This document shows positions 50,034 to 63,369 of a stretch of 64,000 nt of DNA, piece after piece. This stretch comes from Podarcis cretensis. Its lineage: Eukaryota. The translations under genes and the position numbers were made by a program. The stretch covers positions 57,412,001 to 57,476,000 of the forward strand of contig OX638153.1 of NCBI GenBank assembly GCA_951804945.1, in the 5' to 3' direction. The notes under the pieces are model-generated. The model was given only the letters and a program-made list of their open reading frames with translations, was not told where the DNA came from and did not search any database. The first letter of the stretch is position 1. Every line of letters starts with the position of its first letter.

Positions 50034-51439
50034 CTATAAACAAAATCAAAAAAAGAAAAATAAGTGACTGTACTACCATTGCTCCAATGCTTCTAGGTCT
50101 CCAATGATTTTAGTGCAAATGCAATGAGGGACAAAAAGGAGGGATAAATTTGGGGTTCTGGATGAATAATTAGCACTTCTACCTGTCCATTTTAGATGTT
50201 GGATTATTGTTAAGCCTCTAATTCAACTACAGAAAATGGACAATTTAACTACAGGATGGTAATCTGTACTGTTTTCCCATTTATCATGAAGAAAACAGAC
50301 CCCAATTTTCCGTATGACTGCAATATCTCACAGCAAGAGGGTAAAAATGGTTGTAACATCAAAGAGAGACAGGGATCTTCATGGTCTGGACTTACCCTTC
50401 TGGCATATAAATGGCCCCTCAATTCGAAAGCAGAGAACAATTAGCAAAAAGATTATTCATGTCCAAAGATAAAAGTACAGAATTGGAAAGGACCTCAAAA
50501 GTGATGTAATCCTTCTACTGTCAGCATTCTCTAGAATTAAACTGTACAAGACAGATGACAAACCAGTTTTCTTCAGATAATACTCATATTGAGCTTCTTT
50601 GTTCCACAGCTTTCATTCCTAGAAGTGGAAATTCTGTAATTCATGTTTAAGGGTGGAGGGCTTGTATTAAATAAAAGCCTGAACACTTAAATACTTTTCT
50701 AGGGCAAAAGGTTAAAAATTGATAATGGAATTTTAAATACAGAAAAAGCAAATGGTCAAATATGAATTTCTAGATTAATTTAATTTCTAAAATAAAAGAT
50801 ATTCGAACATTCCCAAGCAGAGGTAGAGAACCTCATATGTGGGGCCCAAATGCAGATCTTCGGGTTTCTGCATCTGGCCCTCAGGAGCTCCCAACTAGGT
50901 CATGTGTCTCTCAATGTCATAACCCCACCAGTTCTGCTCCACACAAACCTTAAGGGCTTTTGCCTGGATGGAAAGTATCCTTAAACTGTACTAATGCTTC
51001 TTACATGGCCTGGATGGAAGTGGGAGAGATGTGGGTGGGTGGGTGGGTGGGAGGGACAGTGAAGAAACCTCTTAACTTTGATGTGGATGGAATGTATCTC
51101 ACAAAATGTAGAGAGGTATTCTCTGCCCACCCATGCCTCTTACCCTGCCCACTTTTGCCTCCAGCATGCACCCCTGCACCCATAGTTCTCTATGAGGGTG
51201 TGTAGCCACTGGTCTGAACAAGGTTCCACAAACTTTGAGCAAAAAGACTGAAAAATTCAAATTGAGCTTTGACATCAGAATAAACCATGTCAATGTATAT
51301 GCAGATATCCCAAACTACGTAATTTATTCCAGGTGTAGAATTTATAAGCTTTTATGATTGCATTCATCTTTATCAGGCAATATTTCTTTAAAGAATATTT
51401 ATAATACTGTTTTTAGTCAGCTGGCAATGCTGTACTTAC

Positions 51440-51525
51440 ACAGGAACGGTCCGAAGCAGTTCCAATATACCCTGTCCGTTCCACTGCTGTGCTGCATGAA
51501 GCTCCTCTGTACAGACGCCAACAAT
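51440..51525 (-). CDS. SUFU: SUFU coding exon 5 (86 nt): IVGVCTEELHAAQQWNGQGILELLRTVP(V)
   Basis: Manual translation; tccAG acceptor, GTAAGT donor. Confidence 0.98.
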
Positions 51526-51701
51526 CTGGAAAAGGGGTTAAAGGGGGAGGGTACACACTTATAACATATATTAGGATCAGATTCTACATTGGAGTACCAT
51601 ATCCAAGGCTTGAGACTCTGGTTATACACTCTTTTTTGAGAAATCCCTCCTCCATCACGTTTCATCTAGATTTCATTTAGCATGAACTAGATTAACTATG
51701 A

Positions 51702-52064
51702 GGGACACGGGTGGCGCTGTGGGTTAAACCACAGAGCCTAGGATTTGCCGATCAGAAGGTCAGCGTTTCGAATCCCCGCGACAGGGTGAGCTCCCGTTGC
51801 TCGGTCCCTGCTCCTGCCAACCTAGCAGTTCGAAAGCACCCCCGGGTGCAAGTAGATAAATAGGTACCGCTCTGGCGGGAAGCACAACGGCATTTCCGTG
51901 CGCTGCTCTGGTTCGCCAGAAGTGGTTTAGTCATGCTGGCCACATGACCCACAAGCTGTCTGTGGACAAACGCCGGCTCCCTTGGCCTATAGAGCGAGAT
52001 GAGTGCGCAACCCCAGAGTCGGTTACGACTGGACCTAATAGTGAGGGGTCCCTTTACCTTTTAC
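51702..52064 (+). mobile_element. Full-length Sauria SINE with 15-bp TSD
   Basis: TSD CTAGATT(A/T)ACTATGA at 51687-51701 and 52065-52079. Confidence 0.95.
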
Positions 52065-52081
52065 CTAGATTTACTATGAAG

Positions 52082-52230
52082 GATATCACAGTTGGTAGAG
52101 CATGAGACTCTTAATCTCAGAATCATGGATTTGAGCTGCATGTTGGACAAAAGTTTCCTGCACTGCAGGGGGTTGGACTAGGTGATCCTCATGTTCCCTT
52201 CCAACTCTACAATTCTGTGATTTTGTGATC
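52082..52230 (+). mobile_element. tRNA-Lys(CTT)-derived SINE with CR1-type tail
   Basis: Head CAGTTGGTAGAGCATGAGACTCTTAATCTCAG matches tRNA-Lys; tail gggggttggactaggtgatcctc...ccaactctacaattctgtgatt. Confidence 0.85.
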
Positions 52231-53018
52231 CCTGATTGGGCATCTTATGATAAGTACTAATTCCATAATATGGATTTGTACCTGGGGCGGTTAGATTAGT
52301 ATTGACCATAGCTTTCCTGATTCAAATATCATCTCAAACTATAGTCAAAGGAAACCCAGAAATGAAGAAGGAAAAGGAAAAGGAAATATGTCAGCCCATG
52401 GCACATTCTCAGTCTTCCTGTCAGAACTTAGCAAGATGACTAATAAGGCCAAGGGCATGGCTATACAAATCCTTCACATTTGTTTTCACATGTTGAGCTC
52501 CTCAACAGAACCATAGAGATGAAGCAACAACCTTCCATCTGCAAAGCCTAGATCTTTTCTGGAATAATACACACAGCCAACTGTATATGGAGTGATCTGT
52601 TCATTGGCATAGTGGAAGCCAATACATCATTCTGAGGTTAAACAAGTTTGCTACCATTGCAACATACCAAGCTATGCCAGATCAGTAAATATCACCAGCT
52701 GCCTCAGAAATCAAGACACACAAAAAAACTAAAAAAAACTTTAAACACAGAATAATTGCTAAGTTAACTACAATACTTCAATACCAGTTGGAATATACTT
52801 TGTTTTGTATGTAAAAAATAGATATTGCGGACTGTATCATGGTAGAGTTTTCCCGCTGCCCTGTTAAGGACTATGAATAAGCAACTGTAGTAGTAATATT
52901 TGCAAAAAGTCAGGGATAGCGATTCTCCCAGCTTTACTCTGTTTAAACCCAGATTTATGTATTTGCAGTTCTTCACTTTTCCGCTGCTATTAATACTCTC
53001 AGAATACTTACAAAACTG

Positions 53019-53085
53019 TAAGTAACAGATATATTAAGCTTAAGTATAAGGTATAAGTAACTGATATATTAAGCTTAGGTATAAG
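53019..53085. repeat. 35-bp tandem duplication
   Basis: taagtaac(a/t)gatatattaagctta(a/g)gtataag twice. Confidence 0.9.
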
Positions 53086-53173
53086 ATGGACACCAACACT
53101 AAACACTAAAGCTGGAAAGTATTTCAACTAAGATTGTTGGTGTATTAAAAAGATACTATGTACATAAGGAATA

Positions 53174-53425
53174 CAGTGGTACCTTGGTTTATGAACCTAA
53201 TCCGTTCCAGAAGTCCGTTCTTAAACCAAAGCGTTCTTAAACCATGGTGTGCTTTCCCATAGCAGCGGGGGACTCAATTTACAAATGGAACACACTCAAC
53301 AGGAAGCGGAACATGTTCTGCTTCCAAGGCAAAGTTCACAAACCAAAACACCTACTTCCAGGTTTGCAGTGTTCTTAATCCAAGTTGTTCATAAACTAAG
53401 CTGTTCTTAAACCAAGGTACCACTG
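53174..53425. mobile_element. Tigger/pogo-like MITE, family B
   Basis: TIRs CAGTGGTACCTTGGTTTA(T/A)GAAC, TA TSD, repeated gttcttaaacc motif. Confidence 0.92.
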
Positions 53426-54290
53426 TACCTTGTTTACTGTACAATGTACTGTACACTGTACAATTTACACTGGGATCCTAAGCTACCTGGTGACAGTTTC
53501 TGTTCCTGACACTAGCCTTTAAGCAGCTTTTACCTCAGGCCAAATTCTCTGAACCTCCACCCCAGTCAATTACTCCCACAACCCAGTCCAGTTACTGGGG
53601 ACAATCAGCCTCTGTACCCCAAAGCTCCTCTTGCTGTACTTCTGGTTGCCTGAACAGTTTAGCCAACTTAAAAAACCCAGTTGTGTGGCCTTCCTCTGGT
53701 AAGACCTTACACAGGGTAGCCTCTCAGACCAACTCAGCCACCGGCTCCTTACTCCTGATCTTCACCAGACAAGTGTTATTATCACAGTGGGAATTAATAT
53801 TCAGGCCTCAACTTTTCCCTCAGCTTATATTGGAGGTTTCCTGAACAATAGCACATCACCTGAACCATTTCTCCATGCTTCTTAAGGCAAGGGCTAGCAC
53901 ACCATAAAAAAAAACCCTGGAAATCAGAATCCAAGAATATGCATTCCATGAATGAAAGCACTTCATCCAATTAAGTTGACAAGAACAAGAAAATATGCAG
54001 AATTTACTCAGGGTACTGGAAAGCTTTTCACAGCTGAAAAGGCTCAGTATCATATTAGATATACATAGCAATAAAAAACCTGACATTTGAAAAATATTAT
54101 TAAAGTGACATGAAATATTACCATAATGGATGATGGAAAAGATCTAGTTTTGCTTTCAGCCATGCCAAACCTGAACCTGCTTTTAAGTACCCCATAGTTA
54201 TCACAATCTCATTTCAAAGAAAACTCCATTGTTCATTTCAGTTATTAGCTCCTTAAATGAATACCCAGAATATTGATTCTGTTACCATAC

Positions 54291-54433
54291 CTGAAGAAAA
54301 GTCACCACCCCAAATGGTGTTTGAACTGGCTGCATTTGTGGATCTTCAGTCAGCAGCATATGTTGGATCCTCGACTCACTGTTGTCTAACGGACTATGCC
54401 ACGATACATGATCACCACTACAAAATGTATTTT
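54291..54433 (-). CDS. SUFU: SUFU coding exon 4 (143 nt): ENTFCSGDHVSWHSPLDNSESRIQHMLLTEDPQMQPVQTPFGVVTFLQ
   Basis: Manual minus-strand translation (not in ORF track). AG acceptor, GTATGG donor, phase consistent with exons 3 and 5. Confidence 0.98.
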
Positions 54434-57400
54434 CTGGTGGGGAAAGAGAAATATGAGCAATGAATACATATTTCTAGCTGCTAAAAAAAAAAGACGCCTG
54501 CACAAAAAGCCTTAACAACACTGAGGAAACATCCTCACAAAACAAGATATATAATTTTTCCTATTACTGTTACCCACCTTAAGTGGTGATATAGTACAAA
54601 AAACAAAAAAGGAGAGAGACTGCTTGATAAAGCTATGTTGATATTTGGTGCATCAACTTGTTAATACCAACATTATAGAAAGGCGAGTAGCTCTTGCCTA
54701 TGAACAGGGAATCTGTATGTTGGGGTTCATGTAAGATGAGTGGTTAATGTACATAACAACCTGCGATTGTGCACATGCATCAAACCTGACCCCACTGCCA
54801 TCACATGGTTGCATTAGGCCTGATTCTGGCTCCAGACTGCCATGGAGATTTGCCTCCCCCATCTCACCTAATGACCCACATGAGCCACAGGGACTGACTG
54901 TGGCCCCAGTTCTATATTAAGCAATATGTAGTATATTCTTCTAATTTAGCATGCAAATTGCAGCTCCACTCAACCAGCTGAACAAAGCATTTTAGTTATT
55001 TCAAGTCAACTGTAGTCTGGACTACATATGGATAATGTACACTGGCCTCACAAACATAATGTAGTGCTTGGTAACAGGAGGTTTAAAAGCATGGAGAGGA
55101 ACAGCAAACTACAACACAGCTTTTTTTTGGCTCTGTCTTCTAGATGCAAGGGCTCCTGGAATTTGGTTGGAGAATGGGGTTCCAGGTGAACCACAGCTGT
55201 TGAAATGCTGGTTTAACACACATTTCATAAATGATCAGCTTCCCCACTCAATTTGATTTTTGTATTTAAACTGCTCAACATTAGCTGTGAAGTCAAGTGG
55301 AAAAAAGAGGTTAGAATCTACTTTCTCAGGAACAAATCTTTAAATACCAGCTGCAGCAAATCCACTGAAATGCAATCATGAAAACCAGCCTCACAGTCAC
55401 TTTGAAGATACTTTCCCATTTGGGCAATAGAAGAGGTGACAAGTACATGATCTGCACTATTTTCCTCCTGCTATGGAGAGATACGATATGATAATGAAGT
55501 CTGAAAGATTATTTAAGTAAGGAACTGATCATCTTCTTTCTTCTTGCCAGATTGTAAATGGTCACAATGAGAGTCAGGATAGCAGATAGAGCTTTCTAAA
55601 TCAGACAACACTTCAGGAATGAAGGTAAGGTGGAACTCATCTCATTAACACATTATAGCTTGCTTGGTTCAGACATCTGGTATTCCTAATCTTATACTCT
55701 TCATACACACAAAATGTGCATGGTGCACTTCAGTTGCTCCCACTCAATGGCATGCTGTAATATGCATCAAGACTAGCATTCCTCTATTATCATATAAACT
55801 GATCTGCGGGAAGTGTTTGTTTATGGATGATCCTTCTTCTCAACAGGCCTAAAATTGCAACATTCACACCTTGAATTAACAGCCATGCACTTCTGCAATG
55901 ATACCAATCTTCTTTTCATTCTAGCACCTTTTATCAGTAGATTAAAAGGAGACCCACCATACCAAGATGCTCTTTAGAAAATTCTCATGATCATGACAAA
56001 ATGAATGAGCTTTGAATAGAAACATTCCCAGTCTAGAATGCCTACGTATATTTCATGGAGAGCTCCCTTGACGTGAAATTCTTCCTCTTGCTTGAAATGT
56101 AAACTAAGATTATTTCAAGTTTATATATTGACTATGAACCTGTGACATCTAGATTCATCATACTAACTAGGCTCCAGGCTCACATAGTCTATGAGATATC
56201 AGTTGGCCAGGAAAGCTCATTAGCTCACCAACCTTCCCTGCACTACAAATTCCCAAGGCAGTGCAAGAATGCACATAAATCCCAGAAAGGAGGTTTACAA
56301 ATGCAAAACAAGACAGCAAGAACTCTTTAAAAAAGCAGAGGGTTTTTAAAAAATGTGTTCTGCAGCTGATGCTTGTTATTGCATTTCTGAAGTTCACACA
56401 TCACTATATTCAGTACAAATGAACACATCTTGGATGGATCTATCACTTCAGCAAGCATTAATGAATTCGTGACCAGAAAAGTTTCAGACAAATTCTGTTC
56501 AGTTGACAGGTTAAAAGACTGAATCTACTTAGCCTCTTGTGGTAACTCTGATCATCCACCAGATGTCCTCACTGTTAATTTAGGCATAAATTTAGTTCTA
56601 CATTTTTTAAAAAAGCTGAATTTGACTTTTTACTTTAAAAAAAAAAAAGCAAGCTACCCAGGATTCCCAACCTTGACTATAGAAGTCTGAATTGAGCTTT
56701 AAAATGTATTCGAAATTTAAGAAACCTTAAACCAAAATTGTGACAGTTTGCTCAATATCAACATTATCCTGACGATGGAAATACAACTGTAGAGTATGGG
56801 GAGCACCCAGATTCTGAGCACAGAGAAGATTTTACAACATTACAGCTTAGATAAACAAAAGGGACATTTATTTGTAATGCACTGTAGCCCATAAGAGTAA
56901 GGAGAAAATAATGAGCAAAATAGTTAAGTAGATTTTCAAGTCTACTTAAGATGTACATAGCATTGGATCAGAAAATGCCTTCACCCCAATGGAAACCCTT
57001 TGCAGTTTCCCAGAACAGCCTCATTGTATCATCACCAAGCTACAACAATTTGGCCAAAGGGTTGGGTGTGGGGAACATAAGTGCTGACATGAGTATAAAG
57101 GAAATGCCTCTCCATTAACTGGCAGATAAGCAATTCTTATCTGATACTTTTCCTTAACACTAAATATGATAAACTGTTCAGTTACACCAGTTGCATAGTG
57201 TGAAAAAAACCACTTACTGGTTGTTTAAAAGTCAGTGTAAAATGGACTTCACATGCATTTAAAGACTTTAGTGGAAGAAGAACTAGAAGTGGTTGTTCTA
57301 CAGCATTAAATAAACTTAACAGTCTAACTTAAATTTCAATTCCTAATACTTCCCAGGTCAGATGGATCATCCAAGATTCTGCTGATTAACTAAATGTTTT

Positions 57401-58429
57401 AATGATGAAGGCCTCACAGTCACAGTTCTCCAAAATGAACAAAGCTACAAAGGCATTCATTCTTGAAGCCTGTCTTTCTGTCACAATATTCTGAATGTCA
57501 AATGCTCACTCAATTCTATGCTGATCGATCCCCGCATTTTTTTGCTGCCCAGACTCCTTTTCCTGGGAAATCCTAGCCATTTGGAGCTGGTTTTCAAATG
57601 CTAATGTCTCTGCTGGAGACCCACCTGTTTGTGTCTATTCGGGTGTAGACTACTTTAAAAATGTCTCTCCTCCCCACACAAACCACAAAATTCACAGTGA
57701 CTGCTCAATTAAACTACAGAAAACCACCCATGTGAAAAATGATATGAAGGCCAATTCAAATCCCCTAGAGCCAGTAAACCCGATGTTAAAGCTTGAAAGC
57801 CAGGCCTTAACTCACCATACAGTGTCATGCAAGATCAGTCTTTCTATGGCAGTCCCAACAATACTAAGATGAAGTTACAATCTAGAGGACTCTTACTATG
57901 CTACTTGAGTTTAGTGACAAAACACAAGTTCTAAGGCAAGATTTTAACCAAATAGCGGTTTAATAATTCGTCCTCTCTTCTGTGAATTCAGCGGTTCTAA
58001 CTAAAGGGTCTTGCAACCCTAAAACTGAAGACAACTTAACAAAATTCTTGACACAGGAACAATGATATGGAAAGAGTAGCACAAACAAGGGTGTAGGACA
58101 CAACAGGGCTTCTGTCTGTACTGTGCTTACCAGATTCTGCTTCAGCCAATTAACATTTTGTTGGGAAGCAGAGGCGGGGCAGGAGGAGCAGCCTACTTAG
58201 CTGTCAGAGAGAGTTTCTGCGTTATACACCAGGTTTAATCATTCATGCCTGCCAACTTTTGAAGATGTAAAAGAAAGAGTTAGCTCTTTCCCTGGTCCAC
58301 AGCTGCTGCTGCCCTCTTCACAGCAACTAGTACTACTAAGAGAAAATGTCCAAGGTAAAGCCTCCAATTATTGCAGCGACACATGTCAACTACACATAAC
58401 ATTGCTAGATATACTAGAAGCAAAACGTA

Positions 58430-58535
58430 TGTCAAACTGAGACTGGGGAAACCCAAGTACAAATCTCCATTCAGCCATGAAGCTCCCTCCCTGGGTGACC
58501 TTGATAACAATCTCTCAGCCTAACCTACCATACAA
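58430..58535 (+). mobile_element. MIR-like SINE core fragment
   Basis: cagccatgaagctc...ctgggtgaccttg...tctctcagcctaacctacc. Confidence 0.6.
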
Positions 58536-58946
58536 ATCAGAGACTGGCCAGCTGTTAACATGCAACCCAACCCTTGTGGTTAACAGCAAGACAACCTCTG
58601 GTTTGTTTCCTGCCCACTGTGCTTGAGAATAGAGTAGTCTTTTATGCAGCATGCCCTAGCACACTGCTCATTCATAAACTATGGTTTCAATATGTCATGT
58701 GAATCATGGCAATGACTGGCAACATGTTACAATCATTTTGGTTCCAGGTTAAAAGTTAATTGTTTTTGCAGGCATTTTTAAATTTTAGAATTGGCTTTAT
58801 AGTCTGCTTGTCTTGTTTTTACTTTCCTCCATGTCAATAATGAATGATAACTTTACTATTTTCAGTGTATTTTATTTTTATGTTCTGTTTTGTAAGGCCT
58901 TTACATACTGCCCTCGTATCTTTACAGATGGACAGTTTAAAATATT

Positions 58947-59000
58947 TTTAGTAAACAAATAAATTTAGTAAACAAATAAATTTAGTAAACAAATAAATTT
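58947..59000. repeat. Perfect 17-bp tandem repeat x3
   Basis: (TTTAGTAAACAAATAAA)3, at the tail of a probable L2-type 3' end. Confidence 0.95.
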
Positions 59001-61247
59001 CCATCACCTACAACATAAAGGAGAAGGGCAAAAGTCTGATGCTCATACTTGCTCATTCTCAAACTCCAAGCCATTTGGTTATTACACTTCAACTGGGCAT
59101 TATTTTTTGAAAGAATGTCAAATCCTGCCAACAGATGGTAGCAAACAAAAAACATCTTCTAGAATTAACAGAAGCATGAAGCTGTTTTAGTGGAAACTGT
59201 GAATTTCAACACTTAAAGTAGTTAAGCAATGAGGGTAAGTATAGTTTTGAAAAGCTTATGCACATGCCTATTTGCCAGTGGCTATCCATGTTTTGGGCTT
59301 CTTCCACTCAAAACTTTATATTATCACCCATTGGCTAAAATGCACATACAATAATCCTGACAAGCAAAGCTTTACAGAGAAGTCCCCTATCTAACACAAT
59401 ACCTACACTTTGTAAATCTGAGAGCAGACACATTTCTCCATTTCTTAAAAAATGCCAGCTATGATTGGGTTCTTTCCCACACATTTAATTCCTACCCAAT
59501 ATATCTTTCTGATGGTTACAGCCTTATATTTTGCCTTAGTAATGAATAAATAAGTAGCTCCCTAAAACTTGAGAACTGTCCAAAATCAGCACAAGACCTT
59601 TCTATTTAGTTGGTATGAACTGCCAGGGTTTTTATTTTTAAAGAAATAAATACATAGAAACTTGCACAGTTGTTTTTCACCAAGTATACATAGACATAAT
59701 TATAATAAATTCATATGTAGATTTTAAAAATATTAATAGCACAAATTATATTATTCATAAAAAGAGCAAGCAACTGAAGAAATACTAATGTTTTGTCACT
59801 TCCTTTCTTTGCTTTTCTTACAGAGGAAGTTGGGGGTAGCCTAGAGTTATTGTTTGCAATCCATGCATCTTTGAAGAAATTACTGTAAATATAATTAGAT
59901 GTTCCAAACACAGAGATATTACGGCACGGTCCTATGAAGTTCATGTGTACACTTCTGTGTTTAGAGTTTGAACGTGAAATAAAAGTTTTGCAAAATCTCG
60001 AAGAAGCTGTCTTTATTTTGTCTTTGTTGAATGACTGGAAAGTGGGACAGCTTTAATACAGCTGACCCTCTTAATTGTCTAGGCCTGGCCTACTATTACA
60101 ATTATCTTGGCTCAAATCCATCTGAATTGGGGTGCAAAACGAACATATATATTTGTAATAAATAATTAAATGGAAAATCCCCACACTCAATGACTTGCAA
60201 GCAAACTGGCTATATTTTTTAAAATGTTTGGAAACTAAAAATAAACATTTTTTCCACGAAGCAAGCCAAATCTAAAACAGCCTTTGATGTTAACTTCCCC
60301 TGCTTCAGTCAGATGCTCAGCATACACACACCATTGACACACTGCAAAGTTCTGTCGCAGAGCCCCACATAGTGATTTTAGTTCTCCAAGGGTCATTCTT
60401 TATGTAACTAAAATAGCATCCATGCACCAGCATGCCTGTGAGAAATGACACATTTACAGAAGTACAGTTTTGTTTTTTGTTTTGTTTTTCCTCATGAAGG
60501 AAATCTCCCCATTCCCCCAATCTTAATGGTGCAAAGAGGAGTGGGCATGCTTATAAACTGAAGGGATAAAAATTGTGATTTTTTTTTTAATGAATAAATA
60601 CAGATTATCAGTAGTTGCTTTGTACTTTGCATTATTGAAATAAAAGAGGAGACAGCTATTTTTCAATCTGCTGGCAGAACTTTAAAAGATGCTTAAGCTT
60701 TGTAGTTTCATGAAGTCCAGGCCTTCTATAATCCTTTTAAATATAGTCCTGATAATTCACTAAAAAAAAGATAAAAATTGGCCACTCAAGCCCAACATTC
60801 TGGGGAAGCAGAAGGAAGAGGAGAGTAACCGTGAAGTATTCATGGCTAGATGTTGCCAACATTCTAACAGCAATCAACAGCAGAGGCTCAGCAGGGGCTC
60901 TTCTGTACACACAAGGCCCTATCATCTTACTTTCTCCAAAACAGCTTTCTCCCTAGATCATGAAAATCAATAAGGTTTTCGGCTATCAGGTTTTTTTTTA
61001 AAAAAATACATTATTATAGCAGTGTGCAATATACGTTCATTATAACCATTTTTTTTAAAAGACAAAGAGAGACACAAGCAGAATAAAAAGGCTGGAATGG
61101 ATCCGCAGCTTCTGCTTGCGTTCCTTTCTGGAAGCAATGTTGGGGTGACTGGCTCCAGCAGGAATAGTATGGGAAGAGGAGGGTGTGACAGACACCCTTC
61201 ACTTAAGCTCAGTAATGTGACCACTACCTGTAGGTGTGTTTTAGATA

Positions 61248-61568
61248 CAGTGGTGCCTCGCAAGACGAAAAGAATCCATTCCGCGATTCTCTTCGTCTAG
61301 TGGTTTTTTCGTCTTGCGAAGCAAGCCAATTGACGGTTTAGCGGTTTAGCGCTATTAGCGGCTTTTAGCGGCTTATCAGCTTAGCGGATAAGCGGCTTAG
61401 AAAAAGGGGGGGGGAAGGGGAAAAAAGTCAGAAAAACTCGCAAGACATTTCGTCTTGCGAAGCAAGCCCATAGGGAAATTCGTTTTGCGAAGCGCCTCCA
61501 AAACAGAAAACCCTTTCGTCTAGCGGGTTTTTCGTCTTGCGAGGCATTCGTCTTGCGGGGCACCACTG
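61248..61568 (-). mobile_element. Tigger/pogo-like MITE, family A copy 4 (inverted relative to copies 1 and 3)
   Basis: TIR and interior as copy 2; TA TSD. Confidence 0.93.
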
Positions 61569-63369
61569 TAAATCTCTGCCTGTATTTCCTCAGAAGTTTT
61601 TCAATTAACTGTTCGTGATAGTGATTATATTTACCAGCAGCAATATATTATAATTAGGTGAAGGAGAACTCACAAACACTTAACCGTCATTCAGAACATC
61701 TAAATAAGGGTAAGGCACTTTTAGAACAAAATTTGAACTTTGTTTACACTCCAAGATGTTATACTGTAGATTAATGGTTACTTTTGACAGGTACAAATCT
61801 GTTTCAAACAGAGCTTTTAAGTTTGTTTGTTTTTAAATGATTTAAACCTGTCACTAGACATAAATTCTTTCTAGGATAACTATTGCCTTACACTACCCCA
61901 TAAAACACTTCCAGCCCTTCTAGAGTCTTGACCTTCCCTCCAGGCAGATAGAACCTTGTCTGTCCACATACAATCTCTATCTCTAACTGTCAGTCAATTC
62001 ATTATCTGTCCTCACTGACATCAACCCTTTCTAATTCCACTCAGATAGTCAGAGACCCCTTCCGCCCACCCAGACAGAAAGTCCCTATCTCCAATCCCAG
62101 GTCCCTATCAAACCCACAGACAATCTCCACCTGCATTCTATCAGACATTCCCTATCTGGATCTTAAATTCCATTCTCCCTCTCCCCCATTGGCTGATTGA
62201 CTTGCCAGCTCCCACTGGCTGCCCTCAGCTTGATCTGACTTGCCTCTGGTCAGATCAACATGGGTCTTTTTCTCTGCGTGAGAAATGTCCTGTTTTGGCT
62301 TCTTGGCCGTTCTTTCATGGTTGCATTGTTAGCTTTCTGCCGCTTTATCTTTTCTTTGCTATTTTCTTTTACCTATTATTCTGTTTCTTCCTTTGTTGAA
62401 ATAAACAGAGAAAAATTCCTGGCTACACACCCCAAAGAAACGTGCTGCACACGCCTATTCATATAACATGAGTAGGTTTAATGAGTAGGCCCTTTTGGAA
62501 ATGTGTTAAAAGAAATAACAAGCATACTGAGTTATGATCTCCTAAGAGATGCTGAGATAATAATATTTGCATACCTTAAGGCCTGAGAAATGACAGTTCA
62601 TTTATGGACAGCAGCAAAAATTATTTGCCCAAAATGGATAAGCTCTACAGACACTGTGATACTGATTATCTGGGATATGGCATATATGGTGAAATTAAAC
62701 AACTTCATGAGACAGATAGACTGATTAGCTTATTGTTTCAACAAAAGAAAAGCTCAATTTTTCCAAAAAGCACAAGATCAAATTAACCCACAGTTTTTAT
62801 TCCAGTAATTTTATGCGTAGCAAAAATACATTTCATATTTGCACCATAATATTTGCTTGTAATTTTTAGCATTTTAATCAGCCTGTAATAATATTTGTTT
62901 TATGACATTTGTATATATTAAATCAATCACAGTTATTTAAAGATTTAAGCTGATCTGTATATTTATATCTGATATTCTAAAGTTCTCTATGGACCAATCC
63001 ATATAAAAAGAATGAAATGAAGAGAGATCAAAGCCAAGATTATGAAGATAATTGGACATAGACTACTGAAGTCTGCAACAAAGGAATTAAAAATAATCAT
63101 ACTTGGATGCCGCATTTGTTATCCACAAATCATGAAACAGTCTCAAAAGGCTCAAATATATAAATGGCAGTATCTCACTCTATTCATTTTACTTCCAGGA
63201 AATAAATATTTGAATTTGTTTGATCTGTCATGCAAAAATTCACAACCATATTAGTTGTAAGTAAACGGAATAAAAGCTGAGTGCCTCATAAAAGGCATAC
63301 TACAAAAACAAAAGAAAAAACTCAAATATCACCAACCTTTTGACATAAAACAAGCCACATAAATAGTAC

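Noticed and set aside
61757-62468. Possible solo LTR (TGTTATA...AATAAA...TATAACA)
   Set aside because: No matching TSD and no second copy in the window. LTR-like stretches near 5225-5560, 32170-32660 and 53490-53860 are equally unsupported.
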